Assembly (NCBI GenBank): GCA_002633005.1
Contig: NMRA01000159.1
Coordinates: 361,109-425,108 of the forward strand
DNA from: Phoronis australis
Lineage: Eukaryota; Animalia; Phoronida
DNA: 64,000 nt
Direction: 5' to 3'
Position 1 is the first letter of the stretch, and every line of letters starts with the position of its first letter. The translations under genes and the position numbers were made by a program. Of this stretch, positions 34,301 through 49,300 are shown one piece after another. The notes beneath the pieces were generated by a model. The model was not told where the DNA came from, made no database searches, and saw only the letters and a list, made by a program, of their open reading frames with translations.

Positions 34301-35979
34301 ATCAAATTAAAACACTAGCTATATGAGGAATGTTAGAGGAATGGATCAAATCAAGGTCAAAAACACACGGGGAGAGGGCAACAGGAAGGTTCCATTTTCC
34401 AACGATCCTAGCGGCAGCTTCAATGGGAGGATTTGCCCCCGCTAGCTGGATTTATTCCAGATTGAAATTTGCAATTTTGGCCTGACCTAATTACAATTCC
34501 TTGTTTTTCTGTACAAACAAATCAAATGCACGCAAATTTACGAATGAATTGTTGAAAAGCGCATTTGAATTGAAGAGTCTTGCGTTTTTTATTTCACACT
34601 TACTGTAGTTGTATTGTTCTTTGCTGAAGGAGCTACCTTTAATCAACGTTGGGATGTAATTGGGATTGATTTAGATGTTTTGTTGTCAGTTCTGTAGATC
34701 TGTAATTATTGAACTGTTACAAAGACTAAGGCCAAGAGTGAGATTGTTGTGTGTGGCCTACCTGTGAACTGTGAAATGTTTTGCTACCCATATGTTCTTT
34801 CTTAACACTCCTTCATTCAAATATGTAGTGTAAAACGGCAATAGGACTACCTACAATAGTGAAATGTTTTTATCACTAGTTTTTGGCCATAGTAACTGGC
34901 CTTGTCGCTTGCTAGTACTGCTCATATGTCGCGCTGTTCCTTGTTGTGTTTTGATTGTATTACCGGTCAGTGACATTGTTCCTGATGATGAATTATGTCA
35001 ATAAAGCGAAACGTTGACTTGCATATGAATCGAGTCTCAGTTTTTATTTTCACCTTCTCCAGTGAACTATTTAGTAACACTAAGAAGTTTGTTTGAATCT
35101 ACACTTAAGTCGAGTCTTCATTTTACTAGCTTAGTTAAAAGTAAGATTTCTTCACCATCCAGGTTACTACCTATAGGATCTCACTGGAGTATGAAGGGTG
35201 TACATCAAAGAGTAAATCGACAATAACAAATCTTGGTGAGGATTCAAACATGACGCCCCAAACCATAGAAAAATACTATGCAGACAAAAACTAATAACTG
35301 TTTTATGATAATCTGTGTGAGCCCAGTTTTCTACAAACCTTTCATTTTAGAGTGCCCAGTTCATAAATGTTTGTGACTTTTTAGACCGGAATCCTAGAAC
35401 AATAGCATAGTTACACGAGGCATCAACATCTGATCCACGGAGCCGTTAGAGTCCACTCTGCCGTAGTCTACACTCCGGGTGTGACACCTGGGGACCTTAC
35501 ACGGGTGCACAACATGAGCTTGATTAGATATCAGGGGAACCTCAAAAAACTGTTCTTTGCTTCGCATGTTAACAGGCTCGAATAATTATACATCGAATGT
35601 ATGAAAATGACACCGAGTCAGATTCGATGTAATGCTTTCTAGCGCCTTTAGGACTTATTGTACATTATGTTTTTTAAGAAGTCAGGACTTGTTACTCAGC
35701 TTGTAGAATCATTTAGTCATGAACTGGGAGACCGGAGTATTATCTCGAACTTGAAATCTGGAACTTGAAATTATTTCTGATAATCCTTGTCACCTAAGTA
35801 CTAACTTAAACCCATATTATTGGTTGTTGATTTACTTGAATGAGCGTGTAGTTCTAGTTCGCAGCTGATGACCTTGGCACAAAACACGCGTAGTAAGTTC
35901 GGGGAGCCTGAATTCGAAATTCTGAGTGTGTAACTCGAACCGCCATAATTGTGGTTTGTCACTGTTTACATTCATTGCA

Positions 35980-36183
35980 TTAGCAGATCTACGATATCAG
36001 TAAGGGGGGTGGGGTTTAGAATTCGAGCGAATCCGAGGCGCATAGCGCCGAGCCGAAGGAAGGATTTGTTGTGCTTTTTAGTAGCTGATTTTGTTTTTCA
36101 GGTGATTTTTTTTTCAATTTTTATTTTTGATCCTGTACCGAGGGGGGTCGAACCCCCTAAACCCCCCTGTAGATCCGCCTATG
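35980..36183. mobile_element. MITE, Harbinger-like
   Basis: GCAGATCTACGATATC...TAGATCCGCCTATG ends, shared with 51812-52702. Confidence 0.55.
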
Positions 36184-37589
36184 TATTCACTGTACATCGG
36201 GAGTAAGTTTCCCGTTATGTTAAATACACGACACTTGTCGAGATTAACAATCGTTGGCCGTGTGTCTTTTAGTCTCTTGGTCAGTTGCTTTACCAATGGT
36301 CTGCTGAGTCTCAAACTTTGTTCCGAGGAAACGATCGGAACGGAATGAAGATTGTTAGTAAGGACAAGCGTCGTGTATTCAACCAATTACTACTTTAGTT
36401 AAAAGCAAAAATAGTCAGCTTTTTCCTTCGGCTTAGCTGGCTAAAACCGAAAGTCGAATCAAGTATTTCCTTCTCATAATAGTCCTAAGTGTAATAGGAT
36501 TATATTTCCGTCACCAACTCTATTGACACAAAATTCGCACATGCTCCATTTTCGATTTCGCAACGGTTGGCCAATAACAATAAAGTTTTGAATATTTCCT
36601 TGTGTTGCCAATGGTTTCGACATTGTTAACGGAAAAATCCTATAACAGTGAGCCCTGAGTACTATCATGACATTGATTTCATGAGAGTAAAGGACCTAAT
36701 TCAGTTATAGCTTTTTTTTTAAATTCATCCGAGTTTTAACTCGGATGAATTGCAGCTTTAAAAGAGCACTCCGTTTTTGATCGGAGGAAATTAAGTGGAT
36801 TAGCTTGGGTAGTAATAAAAGAAGTGCCTGCGTGCATATCAGCGACATGATCTTTCATGCACTCGATTAAAATTATATGATTTTATAAACTGGAGACTCC
36901 ACAAATCCTTTGAGAAAAGCTTAATTTTGCATTTAAAGAAAATTTTTGCGGCAAGCGTATCTTCGACATGGATGATCTGGGTTACGAACTCGATGTGTTC
37001 CAAAAATTACAGAATTACTAGCTGCTAAAAGCCTGCTTTACGTAAGATGTTCGGTTTTTACTTACTCTTACTCTTATACACTAACCAACTTGCATTCTGC
37101 ATTAGAGTTGTCTCCCTTTTCGTTAGTGCTGTACATGTACATCGCTGGGAGACCAGCCTCCCGTTTAGTAACGCTAAGACCTCGCTGAGAAGCAAGACTT
37201 TCTGAATGAAGATCGTGCGTATCAGTAGAAACTTGAACATCAAGTTGTAAGGCTACTTCACTCACATTTGTTTATTAATCGTTTTAATAACTAACTGTAA
37301 AAACAACACATTAAACCGACATTGAGAAATACGCTCACCTTAAGAAAAACGTGAACGGAAATAAGCACCCCTTAAATTTCTTTTTTATCTTTACATACAA
37401 TACAGTTCTGTGCATGTGCGTGTCCATAAGAGGGCGCAACCTTCAGTCAAATATGCTCATGCCTTGGTTTAAAAAGTTGGATCTTGGCTGCGGTAAAACG
37501 GCAATTGCATCAACAAAATGTATTCCCATGGACAAAAAGCCATTTGTAGTTGCAGCGCAAGAAAAGGTAAGCCCACATCGCTTTCAGTC

Positions 37590-37880
37590 TCCTTGCGGGA
37601 GTTCCTTAGTGATATCTGCTCTTGACATGCACATGTCTGAAGTGCTATTATGATTGAGGAGCGCTGGTAGGTAATACTTAGGAAATGCGATTAAAGACAC
37701 TCGTAGGGAAGTCGCATGACCAAATGCGATCACCAACAAGTGGGCGGCAGAATGTTCCCGTGATGTCTCGTGCGATTCCTGGGCGAACAAGGAGTCCGTG
37801 AAACTTTGTCACAAATACACTAATCATGGCATTAACCCAAATATTCTGGCAACTGCAAACGGATGGGTGTATTTTGAAAA
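37590..37880 (+). pseudogene. Decayed copy of PAN-FReD exon 1
   Basis: AAGTGGGCGGCAGAATGTTCCCGTGATGTCTCGTGCGATTCCTGGGCG...AAACTTTGTCACAAATAC...GGATGGGTGTATTTTGAAAAA aligns with 22240-22383. Start ATG reads ATA; deletions, stops and Cys losses. Confidence 0.88.
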
Positions 37881-39544
37881 ATGCGTAGTTTCAGTTTTAT
37901 AAAAGAGCCCTGTTTAGCTGGCCAAATCGAAATGACGCATTTCACTCTGATGACATCGGTGTGTGCATTCGTTTCATCACTGTACAGCACCGCTTGTGAT
38001 CTAGCTAACGGTGTTAGACAATTTGTGTCATCACGAACCATAGAACTACTGGAGGAATGTTATCTATGATGTCACGAACTAAAGACAAAGCGACGTCCTT
38101 TAGGGTTGGGTGAGTCGACAAAGACAAGACGAAGGAGAGAACGTTGTAAAGAGAACACAGAGGCCGAGGATATGGTTGGATGTCGAGCCTGCATCTGCAG
38201 ACGTTGCTGGGTAAACGGGACATATTCAAATGAACAGCTTTTTTGTCGAGGTTTCATACTGGAACGGTAAGTTCACGTATTAAAATGAACAAGTTACTTA
38301 TATTTACATAAGAAAAGCAGTTGATCGTCGAGGTCAACAACACTTCAATCTCAGCCTTCTCGCCAGATTGGCCTTATTGGCTGTCATTTTCCGGGGGGCC
38401 TTGCTCTTTTGCCTCATCGATTTCCCATCACGATGTCAGTTGCTCGACCGTGATTCCTGTATGCACGCATAACCTACATGTACAATAATCTTTTAGAATC
38501 TGTTCGTCACATTCTTGGAAACATAGGTTATGTGGCACTTTCCATGGTGAAAGTCGCTTCCATTTGTCAAAGTTAATTTTGTAGTAAAAACAGACAGATC
38601 TTTTGAAAATAACGAAATTTTTTTGAGAACTCGTTAAATGTTGTTTGGTTTCTATTCCAAACAATTCAAAACCAACATAGCATGATAAAACAGAATAATG
38701 CAGCACTGAAAGGAATGAGCAAAGAGAACCCCTTATTTGAACATGTCGAGGGTCAAAATTGCTTTAATGTCAGATGACCTGGCATGGAATTTGTTCGAAC
38801 AGATATGCCGGTAACATCGCAATAATGTTATCGTGATATTATTGATACGGACATTGTCGTAAAATCTGTGTTTCCTTTCGTCAAGTATTGTTCAAGTTAC
38901 AGATACACAGTTACAGTGGAGACCACTTAACGTAATGTAATTCGATAATTCAAATTTGTTTGTAAATATCAGTCGTTTCCTATTTACCAGTGTTTATTAT
39001 GAGACTCTACACTACTGATAGGAGTGGTTACAATCACTGCCAAGTTAAAACTTACTCAATGGAATGTCCCACATATTATCATTATTGACGTAGGATTTGA
39101 CCTCAATTAATCTCAATTGTATATTTTTGAGGAGTTCGACATTGAAATGGAAATAACCTCTAAATAATAAACCCAGATTCATTTGATTCGTTCCAGAGCA
39201 AATTTCGTGTTATAAATATCGCAATTGTGCACACTCTATGATTGTTGCTAGAGCCCTTAGCAAAAGCGATAGTTTTCGATATTTAACGTGCCATTTGTAA
39301 TGTATTCAAAATGCTCTCTAATAAGAGGTATTGTTTTCATTACACGCATATCTAAAACCTACTTCAATTGCAGGTACGAATTTTCAAAAGTGACCCATTT
39401 CCTGTTTTGTAGACTGGTGTAAATATTTCGATTTGTTTATACACCTTGGGCTGTAAATAAAGTTTGCACAGCCTTTTGGGTGTTACTGTTGAAGTACTCT
39501 TGTAGATACAGTATATGGTTCAACTTGCCCACTTAGCACACGTC

Positions 39545-39550
39545 TATAAA
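39545..39550 (+). promoter_or_regulatory. Candidate TATA box of the VWDE-like gene
   Basis: TATAAA ~70 bp upstream of the ATG at 39617. Confidence 0.5.
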
Positions 39551-39616
39551 TCAAAAAATGCACAAACACACCTCTAGTCTTTACCCAGTCTGTCTCAAGA
39601 CGCCTACCTACGCGGA

Positions 39617-40341
39617 ATGGAACAACTCAAGGTCGTCCTTATAGTCTTTGGTAAGTGAAACTTCAAAAAATCTCTTAGATTCATATTTTCATGACTAATT
39701 AAGAGCTTAAAATTTCTGTGGAAGTTTAGTTTCAGTAACAAATATTGAAAAAATATATGTATAGTCTTACGGGTACAACAGTTTTATATATAACGGGTTG
39801 ACATTTCCAAATATGAAGAAATTGATAACATTCTGCAGAATACTTCACCGTTGCTTAGCAAGACTTAGTCCAAGTCAGATGCTTAGGCAATAGTGTGGAA
39901 CATACCGGTCAACGTTGTACAATGATTAAAGAGAGCTTGTGACGGAGTTCGAGTAGTGTATGCGAAATAGTAGAATTTTCTCTTATTACAATCCAATTTG
40001 TCATTCAGCCACGTTGTCAAAGCGTTTCTTGTCATTTCAGTGGCCGTTATTGTTGCAAGAGCCGACATCGACCCTTGTGTTAACACGAACGAAGTCAAGA
40101 TTGTGAACCATGACGTTCACGGAGGTTTGAGAAGCGCCAACGTCACTACTCCGACAGGCTCGGACCTTTACTGCGACCGAACAATACACGATGGTAGAGT
40201 GTCAGGCTGTGTAATGTAGATTGCCAACCAAACTGTAATTGTTTTTTTAGGAACTAGTGTATACACTTTACTTCTCAAGCTAGAAGGCAACCAAGTAGTA
40301 AAACAGGGTCTCCCGCTCAAAGGTGACCAAAAATCGGGCCA

Positions 40342-40380
<39 letters not shown>

Positions 40381-43300
40381 TNTGTATGTATGTACATGGT
40401 ATGTGGCTCTCACCGAAAGGGACTGAAGAGCGAGACTTCTCCTAGGGCCCGAAATCGAATTTCTTGCTTAGGTCATTTCAAAAAGAACGAGTCATTTAAA
40501 ATATAAGTTGTTAACTCTTTTCTCTCCGAACAGTGTAATCTTTTTCTAACGTTTCTCTTGATCAAAACCTAGACTCCGCACATTAAATCTTCCGGAGGTT
40601 GTTTCGCTGAAATGCTGCAACTTTTCAACGTTTTTACATAGAGTTTAAACGAACACTTACGTCAAAAGTCTCTTTTTAAAGTGTGTGCGATTTTTATATA
40701 GATAAGACATTTTAGTGAAACATTTCCTAAATTTCAAAAAGTTGGAGTTCGTGAAAGCAAAAGGGTCACCCTACTTTTGTTACATGGTATTGTAGTGATC
40801 AACAACAAATCGTCCTGTACTGTGACGTATTGTCCCTGCTACCGCCAGATTACGTTTATGGTTGGCGCAGTGCGACAATATTAGGTTATCTGACATAAAT
40901 AAGAATTATGTCAGTCACGATGTACGTAGGCCCAGTGACAAGACCATCTCGTCCACGTGTGAGCTCACCTATAACTGCGAAACTACATTTCATGAGTTTG
41001 CTTAAAAGATAGTAGACAATTTACGAGAAAAGAAAAGAAATGGAGACTATTTATACAAAGTATTGGAAAATCATTCTCTTGGAATTTCTTTTGACGCCCA
41101 ATATTACAAGATAATGAGATGGGCGTTTTCGCAGAAAATACCGCATGGGAAAATGTTTTGACCGTGTTGCCTTATCAAATAAAATACATCTATTGATATG
41201 TGCCTCTAATGGTCAACAATACACAAACAGAAGTGTGTGTTCTAGCACATGCTTAACTATATTCAAATAGAAGTGTGTTTTCCGGACATGGTCATTCATA
41301 CACAGATAGACGTTATTTTCCTCCACAAAGTCACCTAATGCTTCCATAATTCTGACTTACGTGACGAAAGAACTTTTGATTTAGCCTTTTTACCGTTATG
41401 AAAGTGGTCTCAAATCGTTTTTAGTCAAAATAAGATTAATTTCGGTGCTTGGAAACAACTGGCAGCTGGTTATTGCTTGAAATTAGCCTTTAAAAGTCGA
41501 CTTGTCACGGCGTGTTATTTTATGCGCGAAGCATTGGTCTCGAGCAATAACGGACCGTGAGTTTTTGCACGATCAAAAGTCACTATATGGATACGGGTAT
41601 AAGTTGAGACCAAGTTGGTAACTGTAAGACAATGTTCTAAATCAAACGGTTTAAGGTTTCTTTGACGTAACACCAGATTATTGCTGTTTAAAGTCCAGAA
41701 TTGCAACTGCTGTTCCAAAGATTGCGTCACATTGCTGCTGAATCTAGGAGGTCTGTTGTCCATGATTGGAAGTCACCATAGCGGGAAATCAAGCGTGCCT
41801 TCCATAGACGCGAGACCCTCTCGTAAACGCGAGAATTTGTGAGATATTGCCGTGCATTACTAGCGAGCACGTGATTACACTAACTTTATTCCTGAGATCC
41901 ATGCGTCTACGGAACTCAGTTCAGTTTTGTCGTTTCCGAATAACATTGTCAAGTAGTTTTGCAGGCTAAAACGCTATGTATGTGGACATGTATTTAAACC
42001 GAGTCTGATATTTATAGGGTGGTATATGTATCTTGCTCCTGAGACGGGTGGAAGTATAATGAAGACGCTAGAAATACCTCGTAGATGTGTCCACCAATAC
42101 CACTGTGGCACCAAGTACCCGATCTGGATGGACGGTAGGGCATAGCTTATGGCACGAAATGTTGTTGTCGTGGGTGTAGCTAATATACACAACGTTTCAG
42201 TGGAGATTAGAATAATTGGGTAAAATCACTTAAATAATTTTCGCCAGACCCGAAGGGGCAGGTTCTCACTGTACCGATCAGTGTCACGTGCATAACATGG
42301 TCACCGAAAGTTTGACACGGGAATCTTGAAGTAATATAATTGTGCTCTGTTCAGGTAACACGATAATTATTTCGAGACATCCCGTTTCACAGCCCTTTTT
42401 CACTCAATGTCGATTGCCAAATGTTTTGATTGAAATGTCACGATCCTCTCGCTAATCGCACCATTCTTATGTTATCTAACAATTTTGGGGGTCATTTTAA
42501 TCTGTCAATATATCGCGCACTCAATATTATTTAAAATTGAAGTGCATCTATTATCTGATACTCCTTCATATGAATTTATTACAAGAATGACGTAGAGATT
42601 TTATTTGACAATTTTACTATTAGATATTTCTTGTAAAGGATTGTGATATTGGAAGTCAGAATTCCTAACAGAATGAAATAAATGAATAAAATTGATGGAT
42701 GTGCACTCATAATTTTCTTGTTAAAAGTAGTGAGGACGACAATCTTATTACCGTAAGCGAAAGCTGCCTGTGGTTTTTGATTTGATGTAAAAATTGATCT
42801 TAAAGTATCGTTTTGGTGACGTACACATTTGTTGAGACAAAATCAACTTTATTACTCGGAAATAAAGTTAAATACGATTGTAATAGTAACATGATACGAA
42901 ATCCAGCGCCATTTTTGGTACCAGAAACGTTAGTTCATTATACCTGTATTTTATTTTGGTGAAAATGTTACAAAAACGCTGTTGTTGCGCAACTTTTACA
43001 GATACGCTGCCAACGCCCAGTGAAGGAATAGTCTCCAAAAAGATGTGCGTTTCCGTGACCAGTTGCTGTACTTATGCATTTTGGGTGAAGGTGAGAAACT
43101 GCGGAAATGACGTCGTGGCCTATAGGCTAGTACAAAGCCCCGGATGTCCTTCGGCATACTGCTTCGGTAAGAGACATAGTCGTTTTTACGCTACATGTGT
43201 ATGCTACCATTCGAGTTTTTCAAAGTATTTAACACTTTACCAACAAACCTGTTAATATTGCAAGTCTGGAAATGTCGACAAAACTATACCAACCTTCCTT

Positions 43301-46300
43301 TAACTGGGTCACGTGGCCATATCTTTTCAGTAAAAGTTAGCCAAAAAGAAGGGAACAAAAATAACACAAGCATGACCTAATTTTGCTTGATATAAATGGC
43401 CACGGTGTTTCGTTTTATGCAGCTTTTGCTTTTTTTAGAAAAATCACAAAACGTCTTATTCTTGGTAAGCCGTCGTACAAAAGTTGCACACTTTAAAACC
43501 AATTCCTAACAGCCTTTTGGAGAATACTGCACAAAGCACATTACACGTGCCACAAGTGCCTCGTGTTTCCACGCTTTGGTCCAGGATCGGGTAATATTGT
43601 GTATATTTTTAGCAACACCTGGCGTGCGTTCAGTAGACGATAGGACATACGTTAGGACCTAGCTAAAACCTAGTCAAAGTCACGTGTTCTCATTTAAAAT
43701 ACACCACAATAACTCACGTAATCTCGCGAAGTCTTGCTTTCTAGCGTTACTGAACGGGAGGCTGATTTGGTGGAATTATTAGCTTGATTGTCATATCCGT
43801 TCTGGCATGGTTTGAAATGATACTCCTCAGCCTAAAGCGACTGCCACAAAAATATGTGATATGAGCCCTACCAAATCGTTCTTTTGTTGCTGGGTTTCGT
43901 TTCTGCGGAGTGTATTGCTGATTCGCTGTCTCAACCGAGATCGTTAAACCGGAAGACGTTGGGTGTTTGTTAGCAGGTTTTAAACGCTTATCCCAGAAAT
44001 ACATAATTGTCCGTTGTCAACCACTATCACCCACTTTGCGTTTCACTTTTGTCACAAGTTTTTTGCAGTCTGGACAGACCTTGCAATTTTATCCGTATGA
44101 CGAATTTCTTGTTGTTCATACTTACGGGTATATTGGGTTAAACTCGTCTTATTACAGAACTTTCAGATTGATATTCACCGCGACGCCAACTTGTCTTCGA
44201 AGCTTGTTCGAAATCCTGACAATGTTGCGTGAGGTTAACTCATGCACATAAGAAATGTTACTCCGGCGTGCATCTATTCGGGTGTTAGCGACTTGGGTTT
44301 TTCTGGTTCTCCAACTGATCAATTATCCAACATTTTGATGGTTTCCAAGGAGTAAGTGAAAAATTACGTCACAGGTCTCTATCTTCCCGGCTTTCAGAAT
44401 ATGAATGCAAGTTAACTGCGCGGTTTTCCTAGATAACACGCGGGACTAGCGTTCATTTTTCCTGAATTTTTGTTTATTATTCACGCGTAAATATAATGCA
44501 TATTTATCATGAAATAGGCATCAATTGGCGCTTGGTCAAGGATTGGTGCCATCTAGGCCTGTTTGTTCACACATTGCAGTAGGCTCCGACGGCCGGCCTT
44601 TGAACTGGCTGACAAGGAGTTAGTTGGAATCTATTAGCCATGTGAGTACAATCAGACGTGCGTGTTGCTCTTTACAGTCCCTTGAAAATTTATATTTCAA
44701 AAATTTACTGCCACATTCACATAACATTACGCTTCTGCACTTTCCTCTTAATATTTCTATTTACGTTTTTGTCACTAAGGTGAGCATCAACCGTGCCCCC
44801 CTCCGATGGCCGGATTTACACCCAACTGCACACGTGAGTACATGAACATAAGAGTGCCAGGAGAGACATTATCCTTAAAGTCCTTGTCTAGTTTAATCCG
44901 TACCTTCATTTGTCGATATCCCCGCCCCAGCCACAACCCGTTCATACGTTCACGCAGCCTCAGAACCAATCTAGCTATTTTTCGTAAATAGCTTCTGACA
45001 ATAAGACGAAACACTGTTCACGGTGTTTTGAAATTACACCAATGTTGTCACCGCATTTGTATAAGTAGCAGACTACGGCTTTCACTTCAGCCTCCTCCGG
45101 GGCATGTTTCGCAAAGAGATTACTAGCCCTGGTATTTGGTCTTTCGATAAATGTTGACTTTTTGTCTTTTTCGTTTCTCGAAAGCTTTACCTTCTGTTTA
45201 AAGAGAAGACTGTGAATGTCCTATTTTTGACTTTGAGCTGTAGACAGACTTTCTGACTTCGAGCCTTACCTTGTTTTCGTTAAAGAGGCTGAAAGTCGAA
45301 AGAGAAAATCCAATAGATTGTTTGAGAAACTGCTCCCTGGCGTTATAGCTTTAGTAATACAAAAAAAATTGATGTCATCAGATTTCTTTATAATGAGAGC
45401 ACCAATCAAATAGACTGTGCCTCCAATCACCCTTGGTTTTGGAGTTATCTCCCAATAATTAACAAAGGGGCTAAGCGCACCTTTAACGTCGACATAATAC
45501 ACCCTTCTTCCCGCAATTTTCCTACAAACGCTTTATTACCAAAAATGCCACGTGTTAGCTTCCAACTCATTACTTCCATAATATGAATTTGTCTCATTAA
45601 GTTGATACATGAAAACGATAACGTCATCGATTGTGGAAACTTTGAAACTTCCCCAAACCTATTGTATTGTTCACTGATTTAAAGGGATATTAAATCAGGT
45701 TTTGGCGTATAGTAGCAGATATTAACAATGAATTTCCAAATCATCTCTCCTCATTTTTTCTGTAACCTCTGTCAACCCTGAAAAGTTTGAAGCGAATTCA
45801 AAAACTCCATACAAATTCTGCTAACTTGCCGATCGTGACCTAAGCTTTAGGCGAGACACAAAATCAAGTGAGAAAAGTATACACCAAAGACCATAATATC
45901 CATTCTGTGGCGCAGTGAATAAGTCTTTTTAGTTGAATTTTACCTTTATCACACAAATGAGGCGCCAGTGGTGCTTTAGCACGAGAAAGAGCGAGGATTG
46001 GTTAAAATTGCCAAAACCAGCTTAGTATCCTGTCAGATTTTCGATCGATGACAATAGTGTACTGCACTTCACCGTGCATAAACGTTAAATTGACAGCTGC
46101 TCCCGTCGAGCTGCCGATTGATCCGCCGCTATCGCTAAAGAATGAGGACGACGCCATTTTGTCTGACATACGGTTTGGTTGCTCTATGACGTTACCATCA
46201 ACGATAGACCAAAAGCTTAGACTACAAGTGCAGTGGTTGGCTAATGGTGTGCAAATTGACGAACAGGAGTCGTCTGGTTCCGTAAGTGGGCAAACGGAAT

Positions 46301-49300
46301 TTCTACTCCGTGAATGGAAGCTCACCTACATTGACAACCACGGAAGAAACGTTTCGCATTTTGGGAAGCTTGTAAGTTCAGTAAATATTGGTAATGCAAA
46401 GTTATGAGATTTCCTACTGAGATCCATTAAAGAGCTTTTTTATCTTTAAATATTACAAAAAATGTTTAACCTTACTGCAAATGCTTCATGAATATTCAAC
46501 TATTATATAAAAAGTTCAAATGTCAACACCAGTTGCTACATAAGGTGCTGTTTCATTGTGATGGTCGTAAAGTTTGCAGCGTACCCAAGCACACCAGGCA
46601 AACAAAATGTCGAAGAATTTCCGAATTGCTCTCCTGTTCTTGTTGACAAAAATTAATCTACAATGTAGTAACGCCCGACTACGTGGGCTCCAAATTTGAC
46701 CTCAAAGTTACATTTCTTTTCACTTATCGAGAGGACCCAATATATTCTTTCGTGTATCATGCTTGCATCGAAATTTGAAATTTTATTAATGAAAGTTACC
46801 ATTTATTTTGTTACATTTTTTCCAGCTCACCTGCAGAATGCGGTCATTCTTTACTCATGGAACCTACAGCCAGTGGAGAGTGAGTCGCGAGAGCAAGTTC
46901 TTGGGAATTAAGGTAACGCATATCATGCCTGAGGCGCCTCCAATAAGAATGATTGTATCATGCCTGTCTTTCGTGGTTACGTTAGTCTTCGCAAGATTTC
47001 ACTATGTACATGTACCTTAAGTGAATCAAGACACTGTCTGTTGTTACTGGACACGCTCCTGTGTATCCACACATTCGAACGCGATCGGGGATGTGAACGA
47101 TTGAAAAATGAGGGCCCAGCAATGGAAAAATCTAAATTAGTGATACCTTTGAATTGAGTTTATCCAGAGCTGTTTTCTATAGACTGAAGACACTTAAATG
47201 CACTTGCAGGCAAAATCTTTTATTGAACATCTACAACGAGTGTCCCATGATTCAGAATTATAAGTACTCTGACCAATCATTTCAGCGTCCACCATTTTGC
47301 TGGGATCTGTACAATAGTACATGTAAGATTCCGATCATACTTGAGAATCACGTACATGTACCTCACACTCGCAAAATTTTGCGTGGTTTTGCCTGATCTT
47401 GCTTTTAGGCGAGTTTCTTAAGTCTAAGGAACGATACCCTGATCACGCAGGACTGTTAACCTGCAAACGTTTCCGTGATGTTTAAAACTGCCATAAACCC
47501 AATTTTGTCGACAAAATACAATTTTGATTTAGGTTCCTCATCGCTATGAAATTGGTCTCAACTTTTGTCTCAGTCAAAAGGGTGTGATTTTCTGGGTTTG
47601 AAAATAACTGACGGCTCATTATTGCACAAGTGGTTAAATCACGGCCACATTGCAAGCCTTCTTTCCATCATCAAACTCAGCTTTTAAATTGGGGTCTGGA
47701 TCAAAAACTCGTTTTTTGTAGGGAAACTGTTCTTTAAAACCAAAATTATTTCAGATTCTAAAATTATTAAAACTATTTTTAAAATCTGAAAGAATTGTGG
47801 TAGCGATAACCTTCATTATTATAATGGCAATATTAGAATATCAATGTCTACATTTGGTATGGTGTTGGTATCTTGAAAGTCTTCTAATGCTGCGCACTTC
47901 ACCAAAATTATTTTGTCATGTCATTAATTAGCCACCGACTTGCTCTAGCTACTGCACGTGCTTCGCGTGCCATTTCAGATCCTCAACTATGGAAGCACAA
48001 GAGTTGACTTGGACGAAGGCGAAGAGCTGGAACTTCAACTTCAGCTGCAAGTGCCGTACTTAGGCGGCATGCCGTTGACAATAGAAGTTGCTGTGCCTCA
48101 TGATGCTCTAGACGGCACCCACTGCGCCACGGGGGAGCCTATACCTCAGCTAGCCGCCGACACGTGTGGCTTGTCGGTAGCGAGGTCGCAATGGAAAAAC
48201 ATTCACAGACTCAAAGTGAAAGCTACAGTGGACAACAAAAAAGAAACTGTAGGTTATGGCATATTGTAAACCATTCTGGTTCCTTTAGGCAACCAATGTC
48301 GTTACGCTTCTATGAGTGCGTAAGACACTACCTAATCATGCACTTGTACCCGTGGCCGGAGTTGTCGTTACCAGTAGGTGTTGCATTATCACTGCACAGT
48401 TGTCAGTAGCCTCCTCAAAACGTGTCTTGTTTCTGGAAACTGTTAGAACCACACGAAAGTTCGAGAAGCCTGATAATGTATTGGTTATTCAAACGCTGTA
48501 CGGCATGTCTTGACTGGAATCGGATCTTGCACTGAAATTCACACAATTTGAAAGCAACGGTGAAGAATGCTACCGGAATGCATTCATGCTTCATATGGAG
48601 TTGCGAAGTCGCTTTTCTTAGTTATGCAAGAAAACATCCTGTTGAGCCATAGCCGCTTCATCTTTGCGTTTCTACTCGAACCGATCTCTCATAATGAAGG
48701 AAATTCCAAAGCACCTTCCTTTAAAAAGCATCTTGTTTAATCATTGATGAATGCCCCGTTTTAAGATGAGCAATGGAGATCATGTTGTCGCCTCTTTCCA
48801 GATTGCTCAGGCGTTGAGACGGATAAATCTGCGGACGCCTTTGATGGTGTGGTCGCATCTCATTTGGAACAACTACTCACTACCGGAAATAGAAGTAGGC
48901 CACCAAATAGTGGACATTATAATGTTGTTATTTATTTAGAGTTAGGACCAGCTCAAGGTGTATCTTTTCTGTACTAAGAATTAAACTTAGTCTTTCGTAC
49001 ATACACACGATATTTGACTAATCGCGTGGCAGCAAACTGTGTGCATTTACTGTTTGTGTGCGAGTCTCGGGTAAAATCTCGAGAGCTCTGTCTCAGCTGC
49101 CACTATCCAAAATATCGTACTTGCTGAAGACATGGGCAGATCTTGACCACCTTCAGCCAAGTGTACCAGTACGACTTCGACGAGACATTTTACCAATTAA
49201 ACATTAAATACATGTACTATGCTACCAAGGTTCAATAAGGTGGTAGAGCCCCTTTACGCCTACTATCGATATCATTTGTGTTTTGAAATTGTATGGTTTA

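Noticed and set aside
45679-45720. TTAAAGGG start of a second Kolobok-type element
   Set aside because: No matching inverted end with TTAA was found.
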